Shown here: piece after piece, positions 33,001-45,700 of the stretch
How the letters are laid out: each line of letters starts with the position of its first letter
How positions within the stretch are numbered: position 1 is the stretch's first letter
Assembly: GCA_950097015.1 (NCBI GenBank)
Contig: CATNEN010000002.1
Span: 5,208,001-5,272,000 of the forward strand
DNA from: Macrostomum hystrix
Lineage: Eukaryota > Animalia > Platyhelminthes
Direction: 5' to 3'
DNA: 64,000 nucleotides
The notes under the pieces: model-generated
Databases searched by the model: none
What the model was told of the DNA's origin: nothing
Seen by the model: the letters and a program-made list of their open reading frames with translations, nothing else
Program-made: the position numbers and the translations under genes

Positions 33001-36000
33001 GTGAGAGTGATGATGACACTGCCAACTGGAATATTCTCAAATATGCTCACCTCAAAGGTTGGATTAGTAAAAGCCGGTGCATTGTCGTTAACGTCGGTGA
33101 GTGTTATGGTCAGTGGCACATCGGTGTATCTCTGTGTGGCAGCGGTGCTGGCTGTGGGGTTGTCAGTTGCACGTACCTGAAACAGACACGGCAGACAGTT
33201 CACTTTTCTTGCCTGGAAGGCGGGTTTGCAGAGTAATTTTATTATTTTGTGCATGTGCCAACTAATCCAGACCTGCCTGTCAGCCGAACTTATGATGATC
33301 AACCGAATATCCAACACTTACTGCTATTCTCGGCGAATAGTTGTACAGAGTAGTACTTGAATTCATATACCAGTATCATACCTTGTCGTAAGCTAAATTT
33401 CGCGTGCGAATTTCGCGTGTAGTCATAAAAATGACTACAATGTTGTGCGTCGTTTCGGTGCAAATTGTGCAGACTGTGTGAATTTTTTAAATGTGAAAGT
33501 TATACTGCAAAAGTTTTTTAGAGTTTTGTTCTTTTGGTGCAATGTTATGAACGGAAACTGATAAGTTTACTACGTAGATAAATAGATTATAATATTTCTA
33601 TAATGCGGGTTCCAAAGTGCAAGAAATGGTCCACAATTAAAAACAAAAGTGTGCATCATTTGAGTAATGCTGTTTGCAGTCTTCATTTCTCAGTATGAAT
33701 GAAAAATATATTCAGTTACGTATTGGAATCATGTAACACGACTAGGAGATAGCATTATGATTTCTGTAACCGATAGCCGATAGCCGATTCCTATTCTAGC
33801 TACGATTCCTAGCTGCGATTCTAGCTACGATTCCTTTTATAGCTACGATTCCTGTTATAGCTACGATTCCTAATTTGGCTAGGATTCCTGTTATAGCTTC
33901 GATTCCTATTCTAGCTACGATTCCTGTTATAGCTACGATTCCTGTTATAGCTACGATTCCTTTTAAAGCTGCGATTCCTGCTATAGCTGCGATTCCTGTT
34001 AAAGCTACGATTCCTGTTATAGCTTCGATTCCTATTCTAGCTACGATTCCTGTTATAGCTACGATTCCTGTTATAGCTACGATTCCTTTTAAAGCTGCGA
34101 TTCCTGCTATAGCTGCGATTCCTGTTAAAGCTACGATTCCTGTTATAGCTTCGATTCCTATTCTAGCTACGATTCCTGTTATAGCTACGATTCCTGTTAT
34201 AGCTACGATTCCTGTTATAGCTACGATTCCTGTTACAGATGCGATTCCTGTAATAGCTTCGATTCCTGTTATGGCTACGATTCCTGTTATAGCTACGATT
34301 CCTATTCTAGCTACGATTCCTATTCTAACTACGATTCCTAATCTAGATACGATTCCTGTTATAGCTACGATTCCGATCCCAGCTACGATTCCTATCCCAG
34401 CTACGATTCCTATCCCAGCTACGATTCCTATCCCAGCTACGATTCCTATCCCAGCTACGATTCCTATCCCAGCTACGATTCCTAATCTAGCTATGATTCC
34501 TGGTATAGCTACGATTCCTAATCTAGCTATGATTCCTGTTATACCTACGATTCCTATCCCAGCTACGATTCCTATCCCAGCTACGATTCCTATCCCAGCT
34601 ACGATTCCTATCCCAGCTACGATTCCTATCCCAGCTACGATTCCTATCCCAGCTACGATTCCTAATCTAGCTATGATTCCTGTTATAGCTATGATTCCTA
34701 TTCTAGCACCAATTCCTATTCTATTTACGATGCGTATTCTAGCTACGATTCCTACCTTCATTCTAGCTATGATTCGAGCATAGAAAAACTAATAAAAAAC
34801 GATTGTAAAAATATAAAGTAAAGGTCAGCATTGTAGAAAATTTTCAATGACTCAGCATTCAACGCTTCTGGTAAATATGCAACGGCCCTGCTTAAATTAA
34901 GGAATTTTTCCTCAGTAAAGGACCTGAAATTCCATTATATTGGATGTTATTTCATTGTTCAATAATTTGGATAAAAGTACAACCAAAATGAGTCTTTAGA
35001 AAAGCTAAATTTGAGTTCAATACTGTAGGATACGTAAAGTTTCGGAATCGGGTGTAGTGCTAGTTGTTCTTGTCACCAGAGTCTTCGACAAGAATCAAAA
35101 GAATTTGAAAGATAGTTCATCGTAATGGGCGGAAAACTTTGATTCATGGTGGACTTTCAGAGCTGTTTGAGACTTTCGTGAAGTAGGCAGTGGGTATTTG
35201 AAATTCCCTCCGTGATCTTTCCCCTGGGAAAAAATAGTGTGGACTTTCTACTGCTAATAATTAATGAACAAGTTAAACGGGTAGAAGACACTCACAAGAA
35301 AGTCGAACTGAGCCTTAGACTCTCTGTCCAGCGTGACCCCGGGCGCGGGCCGGAGGGTGCCGAACACCGGGTCCAGGTAGAACATCTCGGAGCCCGTGCC
35401 GCGCAGTGAGTACCTGATGGTGCCGTAGTTGCCACTGTCGGCATCCGTGGCCACAACCAGGCCGAACTCCTGCGGATAGCGAGTGTCCTCGGCGACCAAG
35501 AATGCGTAGGACGACGATAGAAAGCTGCGGAATTTGAATTGTGTAAAAACGAACCCAGTGTCAAGCCGCTGGTTTTAAGTTTCCAAAAAGACAAGTGTTG
35601 TGTATGCGCTTGCATGCCGCCTTAAGTGCATGCGCACGTGGCGCGTTCTGATTGGCTGGGGGGTTTTGCTTTCTGCCCCACCCTGGCTCACACCGGCTTA
35701 GACCGGTTTGGGAGAGATAGTGAAACCCCCCAGCAATCAGAATGCACCACGCGCGCTTGCAGTCAAGAACAGCACGCACAACAACAAGCTTTAATTAGAT
35801 ATAAATATTAGCAAAATAACCTACACTGGCGAGTTGTCGTTGACATCCTCGATGATGACATACACCGTACACAGTGCGGTAGTGTTGACAGACGAGCGAG
35901 CTTCAACAATTACTGACAGACGCTTGTTGATGCGATTCTCGTAGTCGAGGACCTTTGTCAGCGTCACAGTGCCCGTCCTTGTGTCCAGACTGAAGGAATT

Positions 36001-39000
36001 TTCGCTGTCCGAACCGGGTATAATGCGGAACGAGGTCACCTTTTCATTAGTGGACGGGTCAGTAGCAACCAGGGTGATGACAGTCGTGCCAACAGGAAGG
36101 CCTTCCGGCATCGGAACTAGGATCTGCGGATTGGCAACGGTCCACGGAGCGCTAAACACTGGCGTCCGCGAGCTTCTCTGGTTGATCTGAATCACCACGG
36201 TGCACGTGGCCGTCTGAATCGGCGGCAACTCGGCGTTGAGGTCGCGAACCACCGCAATGAACTGCACCTGAGCCACCGCGTCGCGGTTCAGTACTAGCTG
36301 GGTGGCAATGAATCCGCTGGAGCTCATTTGGAAGGCGGCCAAATAGTCGAACTCAACTCTGGACGTCACGGGAATGCTAAAGGGGTTCATGGCCGTGATT
36401 GAAGTCGGATTGATGCTGAATTCAAGCTTGGAATTGCTGTCCTGGTCAGTGGCGTTGAGAAAGCCCACCAAGTTGCCGATGGGAAAGTCCTCTCTAATTT
36501 GAAAGATGTACAGCGGCTGATTAAAGAACGGAAGTTTGTTGTTGGCATCCAACACGGTCACGTAGACTGACGCAACATCAGAAAGGGTCGGGACACCGTT
36601 GTCCCTGGCCACGACCTGAACATAGAACACACTGCCCTCCGTGTTGATGTCGAAGTTGTTGGTTCTGGCAACGCTCAACTCGCCGGTGACACTGTTGATG
36701 GTGAACTTTTCCACACTGCCAGACTGCAGCTGGTAGGTGATCCGCTTGTTGGTCTCAACGTCGATATCGGCGTCCGTGGCGGTCAGGGTGGCAATGATGG
36801 TGCCCTCGGCAGTGGTTTCCTTGATCACGGCTGAATAGTTTTTCGGGCTGAAGATTGGCGCATTGTTGTTGATGTCACGCAGGTTGACAACGACGGTGGT
36901 GGTGGCGTTCAGTGGCGGACTGCCGTTGTCCTGCGCCAAAACAGTCAGGAAAAACTGGCCGAATGTAGCCAGCGGCGTGTCGGAGAAGTTGAACCCACCT
37001 GGTCGAGTTATGATGAGCTCGCCGTTGAGTAGGCTGGAGTTCTGGTTGATAATTAGGAAGCCATTGTCTGGCGTATTGCCCCTGATGATGCTGAACTTAA
37101 TGGGTACAGTGGTGTCCGTATCGTTGGTCCTGAGCACCAGTGGCGGAATGAGAATGGTGGACTGCTCATTGATGGTTGCCGTGTAGCGATCCTGGTTAAA
37201 GAATGGCGACTTATCGTTGTAGTTCAGCACGTTGATATAGATCACAGCAGCGGCCGACAGCCCGCCGCCGTCAGTAGCAATGACGTTGACACTGAACTCC
37301 TTCTCGATGTCGTAGTTGAGCGGCTTGGCCAGTGTCAGCTGACCTGTTGAGCCGTTGATTGACAGCTTGTCGGCGTTCGCTCCGCTGAGGCTGTGAGTGA
37401 CCGTGCCGAACCGACCGGAGTCGCGATCCGTCGCTCGAACCTCACCCACCAGCCAGCCCACTGGACGAATCTCCAGCACGCTGAACCTGAAAATTGATTG
37501 TGTTCTATGATCACGGGTATAAAATGCTTTTTCAGGAAGAAAGCAAAGACTACTCACTGAAAGTAAGAATTGTTTCCGAGAAACACGGGGGCATTATCAT
37601 TGACATCGGCGAGACGCAGATAGACTGTAGCCGTGGCTGAATATCGTTCAGACGTGCCGACCTCCTGCAAGAGAAGGACCAGTTTCTGGTCTCTGTAAGC
37701 AGGCACTTCATAGTCGAGTTTGGTGGAGTCAGTGACCAGCAGATTACAGGTGCCCTGGCCAACCACTGTGCTGGGAGTGATCGAAAAAACATTCGCAAAG
37801 GTTGACGACAACACGGAGACGTTCATTGTGTTGTATCTTGACGTGCCGTCGGCATCTCTGACCAGAATGTCTAGGCCGCCGATGACAGACAGATTGGCCA
37901 GGTTCTCGGGCGATGTGACATTGTAAACAGGCCCATTGAGGAAGGCTGGTGCATTATCATTGATATCGATGACGATGATTTCCACGGAGTTCATGGCTAT
38001 AGCGTCCGTCTTTGTGGTGTTGGTCTTTGAGTAGATCTCCGTAGCGCTGATATTGAAGGTGTAGAAGTTGCCGTACCAGGCCTCTCTATCCAGCACAATG
38101 CCTGACTTAAGCACCAGCTCAGCTCGATAGTACACAGAGCTCAGCAGCGGGTCGAGAGTCGGCCTGGAGGCAAAAGCGCCAATCGGGTCGCTGACAACGT
38201 CAATCACCACTGGCCGGCCAAGATTGTCGCCACCATCGCCATCGCGAGCTTCAACAAAGCCCAACGACGAGACCGCGGTGTTATTCTCCGTTACAGTGAA
38301 GCTGATGTACCTGTCTCGAAAGATAGGTGGCGTGTCCTGAATGTCGCTAATGGTAACGATGACATTGACGGTACGATTCAGTGGATTAGTTACGCTGCGG
38401 TCGGTGGCTCGGACCGTCAGTATGTAATACGTCGTCTGCTCATAGTCCACTGGAGAGACTAACATTAGGGAGGCCTGGTAGGTATTGGCCGAGACCCTAC
38501 TTTGAATTAGGCTGAACCTTTCGCAATTCACACAGGTGAGTGTGAGCTCGGCATTCACTCCAGCGTCCCTGTCAGTTGCCAGAATGCCGGCGTAGAAGAC
38601 GGTCCCGTTGGGCGCGCCCTCCGAGACACTCGCCGAGTAAGGTAGGTTGAGAAACTCTGGCGGATTGTCGTTAGCGTCCAGAATTGTGATGGTAATGGCG
38701 GTCTCGATTGACAGGGAGGCCGGATTGTACCTGGCTCTGACAGTGAGCAGCACGGTGTCCTTGCTGCTCGGGTTTAAAGTCTGTAGATAAAAACATTATG
38801 TAGAAAACGTAACTTGACCTCGTACATGTGAGTACCAAGCAAGCAAGAACTACTCAAGTAGAAATACTAAGTAACTACTGAAGCCTCTGAAATTACGAGT
38901 CTCTGCGGCGGATGGCGTTTTTTTCTAAGAAGCTATTTTTTAGGAATAGTTACTTTAGTGAGTTAAAAATAAACTTATTAATGCATTTCATAGCATATGC

Positions 39001-40427
39001 GGGCAATATCAGCCAAATACGGGGATAACACGCTATATGAGATCCAAAACTTCTGTTTCTGCTCCACGAAGGGGGATAAAAGTGCAAACTGTCGCGACTC
39101 TTGTCTGTCTTCTGCACTCTATTCGCTCTTGCTTTCTCTGCACTTTTCTTGTTTACCTCGTCCAGTTCGATCTATTAGTTCCTTCTCTCTTGTAATCTGT
39201 GCCCGCGGCCAAGGACCCGAATATAAGCACTTGTAGATGCTATTTATAGAAGTCCTTGTCGATCGGCTATCCCCCAAGCGTCTGTATGTGCCAACCCCAA
39301 TATAATTAAATATAATGTCAGATGCCTTGCGTCCACTTGTACCAGTTGATTTTTTAATCACACTTACATAGTCTGCCTGCATGCCAACAACAAATATTAG
39401 TGCTTTTAGTACTTTTAGTATTACTACTTAGTTTTGTTAAAAAAACAACTGATTTTAGCTTTCTCCTTAACAGTAGGACTACCAAGCCATTTTGCCGCCC
39501 GTTTTTATACCAAGCGGGGGGATTGGCTGACAATTTTTTTGGCAGCGCCTGAATGCTAACAGCGTTGGGTGGTGACTGATTGGTTGACAGACTAGACAAT
39601 GGTGTACTATGGTTGAGCTGCGCCTAACATTTAGGCTTGATCAGTGAAATTAGAGAAATTCGCCTCAGGGTTTCTATAGAGGCCTAGTTCCACCTGTTGT
39701 AGCCCTTGAAGGTCCAGCAGTCCGTCTAGATAAAAGTAGGTGACCACCGAAGACGGAGATGATGCAGGAACATTCGGGTGACATGCTGATAAAGTTTGAA
39801 GGCCTGGCAAGGCGGCACTGAGGCGCAGTGCAAATTCGTCGTGTACAGGGGTGTATGAAATACATGGGAATCTTATGGGAAAAATCGGACCTTCGGCCAG
39901 AAACATTGAATATCTCGACGGTCTGAAGAGCTGGCGACTTGTTTCTTGTTTCTGAAGATGCGCAACAAAAAATTGTCAGCGGGGGGGGGGAATTCCCCCC
40001 CGTGGTAGTTCTACTGTTAATGACGTTTTATAAAAAACTAGCCTTTTTACTATTTTTAGCGAATTTTCGCGTGTTTTGTAGTCCTAAGTCCTAATTCCTT
40101 TGTACTGATTATGATTTTCAAGACTTACACAGAATCTAAACACAATCACGCAATGAGAATTGAAAGTACCTCTCTGTCTATGTTAAGAGCCATAGACAGA
40201 ACGCCCGAGGTGCTGTTCACATTGAAATTATCGCTAACAGCCTCGTAGGTGACCAGGGCGCTGTTGTTGTTGTAGGTGGCCCTGAGAGTGCACAGCCGGG
40301 TGCCCACAGGCGTGTTCTCCTGCAGGCCCAGCTTGAAGGTGGCGCTGCAGTCGTTCACCCATGCCAGCTGGCCGAGGCCGGATGGAATAATTGCTGCCAC
40401 TAGAAGCAGCAACAGCAGCGAATGCAT
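27050..40427 (-). CDS. Large non-classical cadherin (Cad87A/CDH23/PCDH15-like), about 14 cadherin repeats, membrane-adjacent domain and TM, about 1759 aa
   Basis: Nine exons: 40427-40170, 38780-37558, 37486-35825, 35524-35296, 33176-32679, 31147-30884, 30253-29861, 29212-28853 and 27442-27050, all frame-consistent. Signal peptide MHSLLLLLLVAAII; many DxNDN, DRE and ATDxD motifs; TM WWLFTTMSAIIIPFALGLVGFMMALY. Confidence 0.92.
28415..28780 (-). mobile_element. SINE copy in a cadherin intron
   Basis: Same body and (ATT)n tail as the other copies. Confidence 0.85.
31539..32475 (+). mobile_element. SINE copy split by a nested insertion (SINE parts 31539-31727 and 32298-32475)
   Basis: The two SINE halves rejoin across the duplicated GAAAGTCAGGGC. 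Confidence 0.85.
31728..32297 (-). mobile_element. LINE 3' fragment (last codons, 3' UTR and TAAGTAA tail) inserted into the SINE
   Basis: 12-bp TSD GAAAGTCAGGGC at 31716-31727 and 32298-32309; minus-strand end GGCCCCCAATTAAGTAA resembles the end of the 14.2-kb LINE. Confidence 0.7.
33790..34780. repeat. 18-bp minisatellite (ATAGCTACGATTCCTGTT), about 55 copies, cadherin intron
   Basis: Directly visible. Confidence 0.95.
35632..35756. repeat. Inverted-repeat (hairpin/MITE-like) element in a cadherin intron
   Basis: GCGCACGTGGCGCGTTCTGATTGGCTGGGGGGTTT pairs with AAACCCCCCAGCAATCAGAATGCACCACGCGCGC. Confidence 0.65.
39471..40016. mobile_element. Non-autonomous TIR element with a TTAA target duplication
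   Basis: TTAA/CAGTAGGACTACCA ... TGGTAGTTCTACTG/TTAA, plus a subterminal inverted GCTGACAATTTTTT. Confidence 0.75.
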
Positions 40428-41282
40428 GTTTCTTGCAGTTAATAGCAGAATCGGCTGTCTTGTTTTCTCAACTGATAAGTTTTTTATTCCATCCAAATCA
40501 TATGGTTCTTTTTCTTGTATCTTCTTTCGAAAAGACCCACCCAATATTGAAGACAGGGTGCGCCCGGTGTACAGTCTCTCCAACTCGGGTATTGGGGGGG
40601 TCTAATGACTGGGCTCTGAGCAGATGGCTACTATAATGAAGCTGACACTCTCTCACTCCTCTTGTGGACCGACTACAATAGCCGCATGGGCGCCCTACCA
40701 AGTGTTCCTTAAAATTATACAAGGACCACTATGAGTAGAACGAAAAACAACATTTCTTGTAAAAAGTTTAGGAGACTGGATTTCGCCGAAAAAGACAATA
40801 GGGAGATCAGAAATTCTCTCTTTTTCTGCACAAGTTTCATCATGACTGAGTGTTATGGTAGGCGGATCATGCCCAAGGAACAAGGCCATTGGTCATTGGG
40901 CATTTAAATGTTTTGACTTTTTTTGCTTTCTGAAAAGACAAATTTCGCTCCACATTCATGAGTAAACTTGTACAGGTACAGCAAATTCATATTATATCAC
41001 TTATCAATGACACGATCAGCGCTGAAGGACCTGAAGTTTGAGCTAGCTGTCCTGAATGTAGGCGCCAAGTGGGCGCGCGTTCATTTAGCCGTGTTAGCTG
41101 TAGGCCCTGAGTTATATCGTAGTGTGCGTGGAGTTGCGAGCGATTAATGTACATCTGCACCCATCGGCCGCACGTTGCATGTTCATCACCAAATATCAAA
41201 TATAATCGATTGCTCAGAGCCTACTTCGCTTTAGGCTTTTTCGTCTACACAAATCATCTCTCGGCTCAGCACTCCTTACACT

Positions 41283-42092
41283 GAATAAATGCTGAGATCA
41301 GCGCTGAAGGACCTGAAGTTTGAGCTAGCTGTCCTGAAAAAATGCTGAGATCAGCACTGAAGGACCTGAAGTTTGAGCTAGCTGTCCTGAATAAATGATG
41401 AGATCAGCACTGAAGGACCTGAAGTTTGAGCTAGCTGTCCTGAATAAATGATGAGATCAGCACTGAAGGACCTGAAGTTTGAGCTAGCTGTCCTGAATCA
41501 ATGATGAGATCAGCGCTGAAGGACCTGAAGTTTGAGCTAGCTGTCCTGAATAAATGCTGAGATCAGCGCTGAAGGACCTGAAGTTTGAGCTAGCTGTCCT
41601 GAATAAATGATGAGATCAGCGCTGAAGGACCTGAAGTTTGAGCTAGCTGTCCTGAATCAATGATGAGATCAGCGCTGAAGGACCTGAAGTTTGAGCTAGC
41701 TGTCCTGAATAAATGCTGAGATCAGCGCTGAAGGACCTGAAGTTTGAGCTAGCTGTCCTGAATAAATGATGAGATCAGCGCTGAAGGACCTGAAGTTTGA
41801 GCTAGCTGTCCTGAATAAATGCTGAGATCAGCGCTGAAGGACCTGAAGTTTGAGCTAGCTGTCCTGAGTACGTGATGAGATCAGCGCTGAAGGACCTGAA
41901 GTTTGAGCTAGCTGTCCTGAATAAATGATGAGATCAGCGCTGAAGGACCTGAAGTTTGAGCTAGCTGTCCTGAATAAATGATGAGATCAGCGCTGAAGGA
42001 CCTGAACTTTGAGCTAGCTGTCCTGAATAAATGCTGAGATCATCGCTGAAGGACCTGAAGTTTGAGCTAGCTGTCCTGAATACGTGATGAGT
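41283..42092. repeat. 53-bp tandem repeat, about 15 copies, with an isolated copy near 41013-41055
   Basis: GAGATCAGCGCTGAAGGACCTGAAGTTTGAGCTAGCTGTCCTGAATAAATGCT head-to-tail, without spacers. Confidence 0.95.
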
Positions 42093-42718
42093 TCATGCGA
42101 GTACCGTTTCACAAAGAAAGTCTAAATAACGAAGCTAATTTTCAGTGCCCTACAATCAGTTTTTCAATCACAAAGTCACTCGGCTTAATCACACTTAGGC
42201 TCAATGCAAACCTGCCTTTTGTTACATTTAATTTTCTTTGTCCAATTCAAGAGAAACGCGAACCGCACTTCCTAGGCAGAAAAACTCGAATCTGGGTAAC
42301 AGAAAATGCAAGGCATGACATTAAAATATGTTCAACTCGAACTTATTGAAATTATTGGAGACACGAGAAAACACCACAGCAAAATCTAAAGAGAGGAAGA
42401 TCAAACTTCTCATTAGTGAATTATTAGAATATACTCAAGAATACTTAACACACTTACATACTACTAACAAAGAACCGCGAGACTGTAGTAATTAAAATAT
42501 TTCAAAGTACCGTATCGATAATAGATCGAATATAGACTCTCGTCTGACTTCCAATATGAGGGATAAGAACATTCCAACGATGATCCCAAATTTTAACACT
42601 AAAGTAAAACAAAGTCGATTTCTCACTCGAAAAAAGGCCTAAAAGTACATCGAAAATCTTTACGTTTTATACTGTCAATAGTTGAATTGGCGCCAAAAAC
42701 ACGTCAAATCATCCAAAA

Positions 42719-45700
42719 TTATCCAGTCCGATTGAATCGACACGAGTCGGTTTCGCAGGCTGCCAGGTCAGTTCGCGACGGATAGACAACCCGCAGGCCG
42801 CCCTCCCAGTCCAGGGTGCGCACCTGCTCAATGACCAAGCCGGCCTCGTTATTCGGGTCGTCTTTTAGTGCGGCTGTGAGGAGCCAGGAAACCAGCTGGT
42901 CCATGGCCTGCTTGCACAGCTCAAGGCGAGACTGCCCGCTAACCTGCGGGATGCGAATTTTAGAAATGAAGGATGTGAGGGATAGGGAAAAATGTAAGGA
43001 CCAGGGGAAGAATCTGAGGAATAGGGTAAAAATGTAAGAACCAGGGGAAGAATCTGAGGAATAGGGGAAAAATGTAAGGACTAGGGGAAGAATCTGAGGA
43101 ATAGGGGAAAAATGTAAGGACTAGGGGAAGAATCTGAGGAATAGGGGAAGAATCTGACGAATAGGGGAAGAATCTAAAGAATAGGGGGTAGGGGGGAGGG
43201 GTCGGTGGCAGAGGTTAACGCGTTTGCCTCTCGCATTAATGTCCCTGAGCTGGATTCCGCGGCGAGGCCACATTCATTAGCCAGGGGCGCAACCGCGGAG
43301 AAAAGGCTTGGGGGCTTTTCGTACAATTTACGCCTTTGAGGGCCAACCTCCAAGGCAGAGTGAAGTGTACACTGCCTGACGATGAGAATGTCAGGGCAGA
43401 TGTACACACCTGTGTGAGCGTGTTCCTGCGTACAGTAGCTGTGTGCTTGTGTGCTCAGGAGTCAGTGAAATGGGCAGAATTGCCTTCTCGCTGGCTGCGG
43501 GTCTGGTGTCACCAAATGATGTGCCATTGCCCGCAGCCCTCCTGCAATTATTATAATCATTATTTAGAAATGGGGATAAAATCTAAGGGATCTAAGGGCA
43601 GGAAGCAAGTGATGAGGGAAGAATCTGATGTGAAAGTTTCGCTACCTCCAGCAGCAGATTTCTGGTCTCCGGGCCGATGCGGCTCAGCTCAGCGTTGGTG
43701 ATTGGCGGCAGGGACAGAACTCGCTGCTCTCGATCCAACAGCACGGGGTAGGCCGGGCGGCCCTCCAGCAGGGACAGGTAGCGGTGCACGCCGGACACCG
43801 TGTTGCGCTTCTTGGCCTTCCGCTCGTCCTCGGCCTCCTGGCGCAGTCGGCGAAACAGATCGGCGGCGGATTCCTCTTTGGCGGCCTTCAGCGGCCGGAA
43901 CACGATCTCGGCCGGTGGCCGCGCCTCGAAGGTCAGGGGAAACTCGACCCGGTCCAGGTCGTGACTGGCCACCGTCAGCTTCTGGCGCCGGTCAGCGAGG
44001 CCGTCATGAATCGCCTGCTGGCAGGCCAGGAAGGCTTTGAATCTGCCGGGTGCTTTGGCCAGGTCTACATTGCGCACAGCGCACAGAACCAGGTAGGGCC
44101 GAACCTCCAGCACCGACTCGTGCAGCCGAGCTGTCAGGTCCGTCTCAGGGCGCCAGTGACGAATGTCGATCTGCGAGGATAGGCGAGTGACAGATTGACA
44201 TCACCTGCTGAGACACCTGACACACTTAGTCAGTCCCTGACACACTCAGTCACTGCCTGACACACTCAGTCACTGCCTGACACACTCAGTCACTGCCTGA
44301 CACACTCAGTCACTGCCTGACACACTCAGTCACTGCCTGACACACTCAGTCACTGCCTGACACACTCAGTCACTGCCTGACACACTCAGTCACTGCCTGA
44401 CACACTCAGTCACTGCCTGACACACTCAGTCACTGCCTGACACACTCAGTCACTGCCTGACACACTCAGTCACTGCCTGACACACTCAGTCACTGCCTGA
44501 CACACTCAGTCACTGCCTGACACACTCAGTCACTGCCTGACACACTCAGTCACTGCCTGACACACTCAGTCACTGCCTGACACACTCAGTCACTGCCTGA
44601 CACACTCAGCCAGTCCCTGACACACTCAGCCAGTCCCTGACACACTCAGCCAGTCTCTGACACACTCAGCCAGTCCCTGACATACTCAGCCAGTCCCTGA
44701 CATACTCAGTCAGTCCCTGACACACTCAGCCAGTCCCTGACACACTCAGCCAGTCCCTGACACACTCAGTCCATGACACTCTCTGTAAGCTCGTCGACAC
44801 ACTCAGTCAGTCGCTGACACCCATCTAATCTCCCCCTCTCCGCACCGTAGCCGCCTCAACGCTGTCGGCATCCTCGCCGTCGCCATTCTCGGACTCTCGC
44901 CGCGCCGCCGCCGCCGCCTGCTGCCGTTTGGGCTTCTTGCCGGCAGTCTTTGAGGCGGCCTGTCCAGGTCTGGAGGCCGCAGTCTTACGCAGGTGCTCCA
45001 GTACCGAGGCGCACTGCACCTTGTCGTCTTCCAGCATCTTTTTGAGTCGCCTATCCGCAATCCGATTGGCTCGCAGGTTTAGCTCGCGCAGCTTGGCGCA
45101 GGCGCCAAGGTCAGATGGCACCTCGGCCACTTTGTTTTTCTCTAAGTCCAGCACTCGCAGGCAGGGAAGACGTGACAGAGAGGCTGGCAGAGACTGGGCG
45201 GCAGATGGCGAGTGAGGCGAACTGTGAAATGTCTGCAACTCAAGTCAGCAGCAGAGACAAGTGCCTGTTTAGATAGACACCCTACTCACCTCAATGCTAT
45301 TGTTCTTGGCTCTGATTGAAAGCAAACTGGACAGCTCCGGCCTGTCAATGCCGTCAGGCAGCGCCGTCAGACGATTGTTGCTAAGGTAAACATCTAGCAG
45401 GTGAGACAGGGCCCCCAGCGGAGGCAGAGATTCCAGAAGATTGCCGGATAAGTTTAACACCTGAAAGGTGGTTTGATGAGGTTTATTAGACGCACTTTAT
45501 TGCAGAATTGCTAACGATAATAATGCTTAAAAAGAACATTAAAAGTACTTTTGCTACAGAAAAAATCAGTAGGTTAGTAGATCTGAGCTACCTGATCCGT
45601 GAACCTTCAGTAGATCTGAGCTACCTGATCCCTGAACCTTCAGTAGATCTCAGCTACCTGATCCCTGAACCTTCAGTAGATCTGAGCTACCTGATCCCTG

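Noticed and set aside
33796-34783. Long ORFs on both strands (321 and 302 aa)
   Set aside because: Artefacts of a stop-free 18-bp minisatellite inside a cadherin intron.
39000-39400. Possible coding relic in cadherin intron 1
   Set aside because: No recognisable motif and no coherent frame.
41283-42092. CRISPR-like regular array
   Set aside because: Head-to-tail 53-bp units with no unique spacers and no cas genes, in a eukaryotic context.
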